A stretch of DNA of 18,136 bases from a virus (IMGVR_UViG_3300028602_000005:1-18136), one strand, 5' to 3'. Shown: positions 8,022-16,608, counted from the stretch's first letter. Program-made: numbers and translations. Notes: generated by a model from the sequence alone, not told the origin.

Positions 8022-8411
8022 ATGAACTTTGATAAAGAAAAGATTGAAAAATGGAGTAATGCATTCTGGAAAAGAAATGGTGAATCAATAAAAAGAGCAT
8101 TGGTAATTTTAAATGATACAGAAAAAAGTTATATCGATTCTGTATTAAAAGGATATGGTATTGAAATGAGCGAAAGAGATATACCAGAAGTAAATTATGC
8201 ACTTTTTTCTATTGAAGAAGAAAAAGAGATTGTGGAAAAAATAGGTCCACCTTTTAAAAAGATTTTAGAAGATTATCATATAATGAAAAATGATTTTTTA
8301 CATTTAAAATATTTTACCAAAAAAATAATTGAAGAAAATATTAAATTAAAAGAAGAAAATGAAAAATTGAAGAATGAAAATTATTATTCTTTTAATAATT
8401 TTGAAAGGTAA
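8022..8411 (+). CDS. hypothetical protein with short C-terminal coiled coil
   Basis: GAGGT RBS; 129 aa; IIEENIKLKEENEKLKNEN heptad-like stretch. Confidence 0.75.
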   Translation: MNFDKEKIEKWSNAFWKRNGESIKRALVILNDTEKSYIDSVLKGYGIEMSERDIPEVNYALFSIEEEKEIVEKIGPPFKKILEDYHIMKNDFLHLKYFTKKIIEENIKLKEENEKLKNENYYSFNNFER

Positions 8412-8417
8412 ATTTAG

Positions 8418-8960
8418 ATGGATAAAAAAATAAAATATGCAATAGAGTTTTTATTATGTAAAATAAATAAAGTAACATCACCTCATAGACATGGAAATAA
8501 AATATCAAAATCATCACTTGATGAACTTTCTAATGAACAAATAATTTTTGAAAGTAGTATTAAAGATATTTTAGATATTGATATTAAAATAGAAATTTCT
8601 GAAGAAGATCGCAAATTTCTTTGTGAAAAAATGAAATTATGTTGGCATGAAAATCCAGGTTTTATATTTAATGAAAATATTAACGATTTTGTTATGAGAA
8701 GATGTTCTAAATGTGGTAAAGAACATATAAATCCAATATTCGATGATTGGCTAGATTTAGGGATACTTTATAAATGGTCAAAAAAACAATTATGGTGGAA
8801 AGAATTTATAGAGAAATATGGTTGTATTTATTATCCAGAAAGATCAGAATTTAAAAATAAAGATATGTTTTTAATGCTTCCAGATAATATGATTGATCCT
8901 ATTATCTTTACAAAAAGAGTAATCGAATTTTTAAAATATTTGGAAAGCAATAAAATCTAA
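8418..8960 (+). CDS. hypothetical protein with a possible Zn-binding site
   Basis: AAGGT RBS; LCWHE...RCSKCGKE (C/H plus CxxC). Confidence 0.72.
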   Translation: MDKKIKYAIEFLLCKINKVTSPHRHGNKISKSSLDELSNEQIIFESSIKDILDIDIKIEISEEDRKFLCEKMKLCWHENPGFIFNENINDFVMRRCSKCGKEHINPIFDDWLDLGILYKWSKKQLWWKEFIEKYGCIYYPERSEFKNKDMFLMLPDNMIDPIIFTKRVIEFLKYLESNKI

Positions 8961-8973
8961 ATGGTAAAAAAAC

Positions 8974-9309
8974 ATGAAAGAATTTTTATTTTCAGTAACA
9001 AAAGATGATTTTGAAATCCAAACATTTAGATCTGGTGGAAAAGGGGGTCAAAATCAGAATAAAAGAGATAGTGGAGTAAGATTAATTCATAAGGAGTCTG
9101 GTGCAGTTGGAGAATCCAGAGAAGAACGAAGTCAATTAGCAAATAAGAAAAAAGCATTCAACAAATTAATAGAAACAGATACATTTAAAAAGTGGTTAAA
9201 AATAAAATCATCTCAATATAGTTCAATCGATAGAGATATAATGAAAAAAGTTGAAGATTCAATGAAAGAAGAAAATTTAAAAATAGAGTATTTAAACGAT
9301 AAAAAATAA
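8974..9309 (+). CDS. GGQ-domain-only peptide chain release factor-like protein (ArfB/RF domain-3 family)
   Basis: FEIQTFRSGGKGGQNQNKRDSGVRLIH...SREERSQLANKKKAF matches class-1 RF catalytic domain 3; only 111 aa, with no codon-recognition domain. Confidence 0.9.
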   Translation: MKEFLFSVTKDDFEIQTFRSGGKGGQNQNKRDSGVRLIHKESGAVGESREERSQLANKKKAFNKLIETDTFKKWLKIKSSQYSSIDRDIMKKVEDSMKEENLKIEYLNDKK

Positions 9310-9325
9310 TAGGAGTAAAATTTTA

Positions 9326-10006
9326 ATGGGTAAAGTTTTAGGACCAGAATTTTATACAGGAGAAGGATATTTAAAAGAAGATTTCGATAAGACTCTTTAT
9401 AAAAAAGCAGCAGATTTATTATCTTCTTTAGATGTTTCAGAAAAAAATTTTATTTATGAGTTTGGTTGTGGAGTTGGATATTTTGCAAAAGAACTTTATG
9501 ATAGAGGATTTAAAAAATACTTTGGATTTGATTTTTCAGAGAAATCTTTGGATCATTTTTCTAATTTAATTCCAGAATATACTTTTATATTTCAAAACAA
9601 AAAAATGGTAATTAAAAAAATTGATAGTTTAAAATCAAAATTAATACCAAATCCTAATAGTGATGAATTTAATAAATCTATTTTTGGAATAGTTTTGGAA
9701 TTTAATTTAGATGAAGATTATAAACTTTTAAATGAACACTTCAAAATAATGAATTATCTTATTTCGCTTGAATTTTTTGAACATATTGAACATGATTTGG
9801 AAATAATAGAATGTTTAAGAAAAGGAACTAATTTAATATTTTCAGTTCCTAATAGAGATTATTTTTCTCATGTAAGACATTTTGAAAAAATAGAAGATGT
9901 CTATAGTAGATATGGTAAATTATTAGATTTTATTTCTTCAGAAGAAATAATTTCTAAAAAGAAAAAAAATAATAAAGCTTATTTATTTAAATGTATTAGA
10001 AAATAG
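9326..10006 (+). CDS. class I SAM-dependent methyltransferase
   Basis: IYEFGCGVGYFA motif I, FGFDFS motif II, LISLEFFEHIEHD, LIFSVP; ends in TAG. Confidence 0.85.
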   Translation: MGKVLGPEFYTGEGYLKEDFDKTLYKKAADLLSSLDVSEKNFIYEFGCGVGYFAKELYDRGFKKYFGFDFSEKSLDHFSNLIPEYTFIFQNKKMVIKKIDSLKSKLIPNPNSDEFNKSIFGIVLEFNLDEDYKLLNEHFKIMNYLISLEFFEHIEHDLEIIECLRKGTNLIFSVPNRDYFSHVRHFEKIEDVYSRYGKLLDFISSEEIISKKKKNNKAYLFKCIRK

Positions 10007-10018
10007 GAGAATTTAAAA

Positions 10019-10945
10019 ATGAAAATTTTATTATTAAGTCCGAATCAAATCCATAGATATAATTGGACACACCAACTTTTTAGAAATGAAATAGGAAGAC
10101 AACATAATGTAATTTATTATGGAGATGGTTATCCAAATTATAATCCAGATTTAGAAGTTTCTGATATAATTAAAGAAGTTTCTGAACCAGATTTAATTTT
10201 AACATATGGATATAAATATACAAAACCATTTAAAGGATTGGGAAAAATAAAAAATATATCTAAAGCTCACATTGTAATAGATTATTTTAAATCTAAGGGC
10301 GACTTTAAGGCAACTTATGATCAACAGAATATATTCTTTAAAGAAAATAAATATGATATAATATTTGCAGTTACATCTGAAAGTGTTGATTTATTAAAAG
10401 AAAATAATTTTTCTCCATATATACTTCTTTTACCTTTTTCTATTGATACTAATATTTATAAAAATTTAAATTTTGAAAAAAGCATAGATGTTTCAGCAGT
10501 ATATACAAAAAGAGATGATGTGTATCCAAATAGAGGAAAAGTACAAAAAATATTAGAAAAAAATAAATCTTTAAAAACATTTACTAAAAGAGTTAGTAAT
10601 TATAAATTTGTTGATGTGATAAATAAATCCAAAATATTCATTACAAGTAATAATATATATGGTTCATTATCTATAAAATATTATGAAGTGTTGGCATGTG
10701 GAACATTATTATTAGCTGATAGACCTGTTGATTTAGAAATAATTGGATTTAAAGATAAAAAACATTTAGTTATTTATAATGATTTGGATGACTTAAGAAA
10801 TAAATTAAAATATTATTTAGAAAACAAAAAAGAAAGAGAAGAGATATCTAAAAATGGATTTGATTTTGTTAGAGAAAATCATAGTTGTGAAATTAGAGTA
10901 AAACAATTTACAAATTATATTAATAATTTAATAGGAGTGAAATGA
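10019..10945 (+). CDS. GT-B glycosyltransferase (CgeB/YkvP-like)
   Basis: LPFSIDTNIY, INKSKIFI, IKYYEVLACGTLLL, DLDDLRNKLKYYL, REEISKNG, HSCEIRVK. Confidence 0.85.
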   Translation: MKILLLSPNQIHRYNWTHQLFRNEIGRQHNVIYYGDGYPNYNPDLEVSDIIKEVSEPDLILTYGYKYTKPFKGLGKIKNISKAHIVIDYFKSKGDFKATYDQQNIFFKENKYDIIFAVTSESVDLLKENNFSPYILLLPFSIDTNIYKNLNFEKSIDVSAVYTKRDDVYPNRGKVQKILEKNKSLKTFTKRVSNYKFVDVINKSKIFITSNNIYGSLSIKYYEVLACGTLLLADRPVDLEIIGFKDKKHLVIYNDLDDLRNKLKYYLENKKEREEISKNGFDFVRENHSCEIRVKQFTNYINNLIGVK

Positions 10946-11058
10946 TTTATCGTAAATTTTTAAAACTAAGATTTAGAAATAATTTAAGAAGATCATATAG
11001 ATATTTTAAATATAAGCATATTATCATGAAAGATAAAATATCTATAAAAAAATTTTAG
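10942..11058 (+). CDS. small very basic hypothetical peptide (38 aa)
   Basis: AGGAG RBS, ATGA overlap; MIYRKFLKLRFRNNLRRSYRYFKYKHIIMKDKISIKKF; TAG followed by GAG TAA. Confidence 0.5.
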   Translation: MIYRKFLKLRFRNNLRRSYRYFKYKHIIMKDKISIKKF

Positions 11059-11067
11059 GAGTAAAAA

Positions 11068-12156
11068 ATGAAAATCGTCACAGTGGTTGGAGCTAGACCG
11101 CAATTTATAAAGGCATCTGTTTTAAGTAGATTAATAGAAAAAAAAGAGAATATAGAAGAAGTTATAATTCATACAGGTCAACATTTTGATGAAAATATGT
11201 CGAAAATATTTTTTGATGAATTAGATATTCCACCACCAAAATATAATTTAGAAATTCATAATCTTTCTCATGGAGCAATGACAGGAAGAATGATTGAAAG
11301 ATTAGAAGAACTATTTATAATAGAAAAACCAGATGTTGTGTTAGTTTATGGCGATACAAATTCGACATTAGCTGGTGCTCTTGCAGCGTCTAAATTACAT
11401 ATTCCAATTGCTCATATTGAAGCGGGTGTTAGAGAACATAATGATATTCCTGAAGAAAAAAATAGAATACTAACAGATCATATTTCAAATTTTCTTTTTG
11501 CTCCTTCTTTTTTAGCATACGAAAATTTAGAAAAGGAAGGAATAAAAACAAATAAAAATAAGAAAGTTTTCTTATCAGGAGATATAATGTTTGATGCTTT
11601 TATCAATTACAAAGAAAGAGCATTAAAATCAAATATATTAGAAAAAAATAATATCAATAAAGAATATTGTTTGTTAACTTTACATAGAGAAGAAAACACT
11701 AATGATATAAATCAACTTAGTCATATATTAAAAATCTTAAATGAATTAGAAATAAACTTTATTTTTCCAATACATCCAAGAACGCTTAAAAAAATTATAG
11801 ATTATGATATAAAAACTCCAAAAAACATATTTTTAATATCACCAGTTTCTTATATTGATATGTTAAAATTAGAAATGTCTTCAAAAATAATTTTTACAGA
11901 TTCAGGTGGAGTTCAAAGAGAAGCATATTTTGCCGGAATACCTTCTATAGTTTTGAGAGATGGGGGGTGGAAAGAATTATTTGATATTGAAGCTAGTTTT
12001 AAATATGATTTTAATGATGATGTAAAAAAATATTTTATAGATGCATCAAAAAATAAAAATAAAATTAAAATTGAAACATTCAAAAATGTTTTAGGTAATG
12101 GAAATACTGGATATTTTATTTTAAATAAAATATTTGATATTTTAGGGAGAAATTGA
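11068..12156 (+). CDS. wecB: UDP-N-acetylglucosamine 2-epimerase (non-hydrolysing)
   Basis: VVGARPQFIK, HTGQHFD, VYGDTNSTLAGALAA, HIEAGVR, TLHREEN, HPRT, TDSGGVQREA. Confidence 0.95.
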   Translation: MKIVTVVGARPQFIKASVLSRLIEKKENIEEVIIHTGQHFDENMSKIFFDELDIPPPKYNLEIHNLSHGAMTGRMIERLEELFIIEKPDVVLVYGDTNSTLAGALAASKLHIPIAHIEAGVREHNDIPEEKNRILTDHISNFLFAPSFLAYENLEKEGIKTNKNKKVFLSGDIMFDAFINYKERALKSNILEKNNINKEYCLLTLHREENTNDINQLSHILKILNELEINFIFPIHPRTLKKIIDYDIKTPKNIFLISPVSYIDMLKLEMSSKIIFTDSGGVQREAYFAGIPSIVLRDGGWKELFDIEASFKYDFNDDVKKYFIDASKNKNKIKIETFKNVLGNGNTGYFILNKIFDILGRN

Positions 12157-12157
12157 T

Positions 12158-12847
12158 ATGAGTTATCCTAAAAATCCAGAAACAATAGTTATACAAAATG
12201 AATTTTATCCAAAAGGATTAAAAGAGATAGATATTTGGAATTATTATCAAAAAGTAAAAAATAATATAATAAAAGAAGTATTAGGGAGAGAATTGATATT
12301 TTTCTTTGCAACCGATTTGAATAACATTATTGTTATAAGAAAAGGAAAAAATGAAAATAAATATATAAACTTAAATTATGCTAATTATGATGAAACTATT
12401 TCAGGAAGAACCATAAGCATTCATTCTACAATGGGTAGATTTGAAGATATAGGAATAATAGATATAGATATAGATAATTTTGGAGAAGCTAAAGAAGCTA
12501 CAATAGACGTTTATAATGAAATGTTAAAAGCACCTTTTATAGATTCTCTTTATATAAAATATACTGGAAAAAATTCTTTTCATGTTGTTTTGAAATATAA
12601 AAGAGTTATGAAAATAGATTATGTTTCAGATCTATTAAAAGAATATTTAGAAAAAACTCAACTAGCGAATTTATATGATATAGGATTTAGAAGAAAAAAA
12701 GGAGTTGTAAATTTAGATTTAAGTTCAAATAAATATAGAGGTGGTTTTATAACTTTACATTCTCTTTCAATTATTGGTTTAAGATCTATAATTGTAAATC
12801 CAAAATTTATAAAATCTTTTAATAAAAATATGGCAAAAATAATTTAG
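12158..12847 (+). CDS. archaeo-eukaryotic primase superfamily protein, LigD polymerase-domain-like
   Basis: N-terminal YP...IWNYY segment, IIDIDID (motif I DxD), YTGKNSFHV (motif II), LDLSSN..GG...HSL (motif III region); ends in TAG. Confidence 0.75.
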   Translation: MSYPKNPETIVIQNEFYPKGLKEIDIWNYYQKVKNNIIKEVLGRELIFFFATDLNNIIVIRKGKNENKYINLNYANYDETISGRTISIHSTMGRFEDIGIIDIDIDNFGEAKEATIDVYNEMLKAPFIDSLYIKYTGKNSFHVVLKYKRVMKIDYVSDLLKEYLEKTQLANLYDIGFRRKKGVVNLDLSSNKYRGGFITLHSLSIIGLRSIIVNPKFIKSFNKNMAKII

Positions 12848-12855
12848 GAGTTTTA

Positions 12856-13875
12856 ATGAAAAGAATATTTTGGTTATTTAGAACTAATTTGAGAAATCTT
12901 GAATATTATCATGCATATAAAAATTCAAATGTTTTTAAAGAAAAATGTCATGATTTTTATTTACTACAAGGTATTTGGTTTTTAGAAAATGATATTTTTG
13001 ATGAAGTTATAATATGGAGACTACAACCAAAAGGAAAAAATATAAAAGATATTATTTTCAATATAAATGGAAAATTATTTATACAAAGATTTGTTAAAAA
13101 TTTTAATGAATGTTTTAATTATGAAAAACCTATGATAACATTTTTTAGAGGTGGATTTAGAGATTATTGTGATTTAATTAGAAAAGATAAAAAATTTTTT
13201 GGAAGATCCCTTTATTTAGGTGCTGGAAAAAGAATATATCCAATATTTGGTGGGGTATATGATAAAATTCTTATAGAATCAGAAAAAGATGAAAACCCAA
13301 AATTTAATACAATACCATTTTATAAAACATCAAATCAAAATATCTTTAAACCATTAAACTTAGTAAAAAAATATGATATTTGTTGGATTTGTAATTTTAC
13401 TCAAATTAAACAAAAGGGACAAGGGTTCTTTATCAATGAAATTTCAAAATCTAATTACCTTAAAAAAATTAGAATTGTACATATAGGTAATGAAGAAAAA
13501 TTGGGAAAAAAATTATGTGATAAGTATAATGTTTATAATATAGAATTTTTAGGCAAATTAGAAAGAGAAAAAATAAATGAAATTTTAAATCAGAGTAAAA
13601 TAGGAATAGTTACATCAAATAAATCAGACGGATGTCCCAGAATTTCAACTGAAATTTTATCATCTGGAACTCCGCTTTTAATAAGGGATCAAACTAGATT
13701 ATTAGATATATATAAAACATTTGGGGTTGTTCAATTTAATGATAAAGATTTAAATTATAAAACAGAGTATGCTTTTAAAAAATATGAAAAATTAAAAAAA
13801 TTTCTTTTATCTAATTTTGAAATATTTGATATAGATAATGTTTGTAAAAATAATTTGAAATTGTGGTTTGAATAA
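12856..13875 (+). CDS. GT-B (GT4-like) glycosyltransferase
   Basis: IFKP...KYDICWI, QKG, IEFLGKLEREKINEILNQSKIGIVTS, DGCPRISTEILSSGTP (D/E-x7-E). Confidence 0.8.
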   Translation: MKRIFWLFRTNLRNLEYYHAYKNSNVFKEKCHDFYLLQGIWFLENDIFDEVIIWRLQPKGKNIKDIIFNINGKLFIQRFVKNFNECFNYEKPMITFFRGGFRDYCDLIRKDKKFFGRSLYLGAGKRIYPIFGGVYDKILIESEKDENPKFNTIPFYKTSNQNIFKPLNLVKKYDICWICNFTQIKQKGQGFFINEISKSNYLKKIRIVHIGNEEKLGKKLCDKYNVYNIEFLGKLEREKINEILNQSKIGIVTSNKSDGCPRISTEILSSGTPLLIRDQTRLLDIYKTFGVVQFNDKDLNYKTEYAFKKYEKLKKFLLSNFEIFDIDNVCKNNLKLWFE

Positions 13876-13906
13876 AAAAATAAGGCTTGTATTAGCCTTA
13901 TTTTTT
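13875..13906. terminator. bidirectional intrinsic terminator between convergent genes
   Basis: AAAAAATAAGGCT-TGTATT-AGCCTTATTTTTT: 13-bp inverted repeat flanked by A and T tracts. Confidence 0.85.
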
Positions 13907-13920
13907 ATTTCTTTATTTTA

Positions 13921-14517
13921 TTAAACATTAAAAATTTTTCTAATAGTTTTGTCTATTTGTTTTGTAATCTCTACGTCCGTTTTAACGATAGGTTCCAATA
14001 CTTTTTTTCTTATTACTGGATTCCTACAAAGGAACTCAGCAATTCCATTTGATTCAATATCCTCTGCTTTTAGAAAAGGATTTATTATTGGAAATCTTCC
14101 TCTTTTTAGGGATGGATTCACATGATCCAGATAAGACCTTAATTGAACTGTGGCCTCATCCACATCATCAAAGCCCCCCTGATCATCTAAGAATTTGTTA
14201 TATGCATGATATTGATCATATAATGCATTTAAATTTTTTCTTATTTGAATCGAAGGATGTTCTCCATCTCTTGTTATCCTTATTGCTCCAGCACCTTCAT
14301 CTGCAACAGGAAGATTAGATACTTTTTCTAATTCCTTTTGCTGCTTTTCAATTTCTTTTTCTATTTGCCTTATTGCTAATTTAGCTTCCATAGCTCTTTC
14401 AGTAATAAGACTTTCCCTTCTGCCCTTTTGAAATTCTTCTTCGATAATTATTCTCTTGGCGTCTGGATAAGATTCTATCATTTTATCTACGGTGTTAAAT
14501 AATATTTTAAAAATCAT
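13921..14517 (-). CDS. hypothetical protein with coiled-coil segment
   Basis: GGAGG RBS; 198 aa; AMEAKLAIRQIEKEIEKQQKELEKV helix. Confidence 0.85.
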   Translation of the reverse strand: MIFKILFNTVDKMIESYPDAKRIIIEEEFQKGRRESLITERAMEAKLAIRQIEKEIEKQQKELEKVSNLPVADEGAGAIRITRDGEHPSIQIRKNLNALYDQYHAYNKFLDDQGGFDDVDEATVQLRSYLDHVNPSLKRGRFPIINPFLKAEDIESNGIAEFLCRNPVIRKKVLEPIVKTDVEITKQIDKTIRKIFNV

Positions 14518-14548
14518 AACAATACCTCCAATTTTATTTTATTCAAAT

Positions 14549-14562
14549 ATTAATATATATAG
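14549..14562 (-). promoter_or_regulatory. putative promoter element CTATATATATTAAT
   Basis: Identical 14-mer upstream of both minus-strand genes; here 31 nt before the ATG. Confidence 0.55.
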
Positions 14563-14594
14563 GTTAATCAATAAATTACATATTTTTTAAACAA

Positions 14595-14627
14595 AAAAAT
14601 AGAGTGATATGAAATCACTCTATTTTT
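14595..14627 (-). terminator. intrinsic terminator after the 14640-14954 gene
   Basis: AAAAATAGAGTGAT-ATGAA-ATCACTCTATTTTT: 14-bp inverted repeat; U-tract on the minus strand. Confidence 0.8.
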
Positions 14628-14639
14628 AAAATAATATTT

Positions 14640-14954
14640 TTACAACCCTATTCTTTCTCTCACTACCACTTCATCTGCTTCGATAACATCATGATATGGA
14701 TAGTAGTATTTACCTCCCTGAAATGCAGCATATCCCACAGCAGCTAAAACTGCAAATGGAAGAAACACTTCAGTTATTTTGGTGAAGGTGCTTTTATTCT
14801 CTTCATAAACACCATCAACCATTCCTTTTAACTCTAAAAATGTTTTTTCGTTGTCTTCACTACATGCATCCGGTTTAAATGATCCAGATACTCTCTGAAT
14901 TCCTTCAATTGAAACGGGTGCAATTCTAAAATTTTTGTTAAAAAAATTCGTCAT
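14640..14954 (-). CDS. hypothetical protein with one predicted transmembrane helix
   Basis: AAGGAGG RBS; 104 aa; VFLPFAVLAAVGYAAF hydrophobic segment. Confidence 0.82.
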   Translation of the reverse strand: MTNFFNKNFRIAPVSIEGIQRVSGSFKPDACSEDNEKTFLELKGMVDGVYEENKSTFTKITEVFLPFAVLAAVGYAAFQGGKYYYPYHDVIEADEVVVRERIGL

Positions 14955-14982
14955 AACTACCTCCTTATATTTTTTATTAATA

Positions 14983-14996
14983 ATTAATATATATAG
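14983..14996 (-). promoter_or_regulatory. putative promoter element CTATATATATTAAT
   Basis: Second identical copy; 28 nt before ATG 14954. Confidence 0.55.
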
Positions 14997-15094
14997 ATAA
15001 ATTTACAATTTCAGAAAATTTCTTAGCAAATTTTTATTAAAAAAAGAACAAAATAAAAATATTATGAATTTAATATTTATAAGGAACTAATAAT

Positions 15095-15466
15095 ATGATT
15101 ATAGGAATAATAGGATCGAGAAGAAGAAATAGTGTTAAAGATTTTCTATTGATAGAAGAAGCATTTTTAAAAATTTATAAAAATGGTGATTCTATATGTT
15201 CTGGTGGATGTCCTAAAGGTGGAGATAAATTTGCAGAATTAATATCTAAAAAATATAAAATTTCATTTATTGAATATCCTGCCGATTGGAAAAAATATGG
15301 AAAAAAAGCAGGTTTTATAAGAAATGGTGATATAGCTAAAACTTCTGATTTAATAATAGCTTGCGTTTCATTTGATAGAACTGGAGGAACAGAAGATACA
15401 ATTAAAAAATTTATTAAATATAAAAATATAGAAAATGAAAATGATGAAAGGATAATTTTGGTTTAG
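15095..15466 (+). CDS. SLOG-superfamily protein (DUF2493/YspA-like)
   Basis: IGIIGSR, ICSGGCPKGGDKFAE, YPADWKKYGKKAGFIRN, SDLIIA, GGTEDTI; ends in TAG. Confidence 0.82.
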   Translation: MIIGIIGSRRRNSVKDFLLIEEAFLKIYKNGDSICSGGCPKGGDKFAELISKKYKISFIEYPADWKKYGKKAGFIRNGDIAKTSDLIIACVSFDRTGGTEDTIKKFIKYKNIENENDERIILV

Positions 15467-15468
15467 TT

Positions 15469-15969
15469 ATGGATTGGGATAAATATTTTATGTCTTTAGT
15501 TTATTTGATGTCGATGAAAAGTAAAGATGAAAATACTAAACAGGGTGCTGTTATAGTTGGACCAGATAATGAAATAAGATCAACGGGTTATAATGGATTT
15601 CCTAGAGGATTAAATGATAATATAAAAGAAAGACAAGAAAGACCTGAAAAATATTTTTGGTTTGAACATGCTGAAAGAAATGCAATATATAATGCAGTAA
15701 GACATGGGACACCATTAAAAGGATGTAGAATGTATACTGGAGGAGTTCCTTGTTCAGATTGTGCGAGAGGTATTATTCAAGCGGGAATTAATAAAGTAAT
15801 TGTTCATAAACTATGGAATGAAAGTAATAATGAAATGTGGATTGAACATTCAAAAAGGACAATTCAAATGTTTAAAGAATGTGGTGTTGAATTAGAATTT
15901 TATGATGGTGAAATAATAGAAAAAATAACCGGAAGAAATAATAAAAAAGATGTAAAGTTGAATTATTAA
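15469..15969 (+). CDS. dCMP deaminase (deoxycytidylate deaminase family)
   Basis: WDKYFM, SKD..TKQGAVIV, STGYNGFPRG, HAERNAI, PCSDC zinc motifs, IIQAGI. Confidence 0.92.
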   Translation: MDWDKYFMSLVYLMSMKSKDENTKQGAVIVGPDNEIRSTGYNGFPRGLNDNIKERQERPEKYFWFEHAERNAIYNAVRHGTPLKGCRMYTGGVPCSDCARGIIQAGINKVIVHKLWNESNNEMWIEHSKRTIQMFKECGVELEFYDGEIIEKITGRNNKKDVKLNY

Positions 15970-16014
15970 TTTTAAAATAATTTTAGAACAAAAAAATGAA
16001 AGGATTTTAAATTT

Positions 16015-16581
16015 ATGGATTTAGATGAATTTAGAGGAAGAAAAAAAACTGAGTTTGTTCCTCCCAATGAAGAGAAAGAACTTTCACCAAAAGAGAAATA
16101 TGAACAAATTCAAAAATCTAAAAATCACGAAGAAACACTTTCAAATGATATAGAAAAACTAAATAATTTTACTGCTGTAAAAAAAACAAGTTCGAATGAA
16201 AATAAAGTAGTAACGAAATTACTTGATAAAAATTTTTCGCCTATGATAATAAGAAAATACACAGTAGAAGGTTGGCCATTATTTTGCAGTATTATTTGTG
16301 ATTTGAGTTTATCAGATTTAGATGAAGTAGTAATAAAATCAATGGATGATCATAAAAATTTATTAATAAATGACATTCAATCAATTAGAAATTTTACTGG
16401 TAATTTATCACAAGATATAGTAAATCATTATAATAATATAAAAAAAGGGTCTGTAGAAAGTGTTGGAATAATTTATTTTTATGATAAATGTTGTTGTTCT
16501 TCTTTATGGGGCGATGTAATGCATCATGCTGCTTGTAGACAAGAACTTTATTTTCTTTTAAATATTTTTCCACACGTATAA
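16015..16581 (+). CDS. hypothetical protein with Cys/His-rich C-terminus
   Basis: 188 aa; AAGGA RBS; C-terminal DKCCCSSLWGDVMHHAACRQE. Confidence 0.75.
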   Translation: MDLDEFRGRKKTEFVPPNEEKELSPKEKYEQIQKSKNHEETLSNDIEKLNNFTAVKKTSSNENKVVTKLLDKNFSPMIIRKYTVEGWPLFCSIICDLSLSDLDEVVIKSMDDHKNLLINDIQSIRNFTGNLSQDIVNHYNNIKKGSVESVGIIYFYDKCCCSSLWGDVMHHAACRQELYFLLNIFPHV

Positions 16582-16608
16582 ATATAAAAATAAAAGGAGA
16601 GTATAAAC

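Noticed and set aside
4609-8202. Minus-strand track ORFs 4609-4791, 5594-5782, 6506-6730, 7554-7745, 7746-7964 and 7933-8202
   Set aside because: They lie antisense to better-supported plus-strand genes, are biased to F/I/L/Y as expected from reverse-complemented A-rich coding DNA, and lack RBSs.
14049-14318. Plus-strand 89-aa ORF
   Set aside because: Antisense shadow inside the 13921-14517 gene, which has a strong RBS, a promoter-like motif and a terminator.
15045-15993. AGAACAAAA upstream of two plus-strand genes (15045-15053 and 15985-15993)
   Set aside because: Only two copies noticed, different spacing to the ATG (41 and 21 nt), and easily produced by chance in A-rich DNA.
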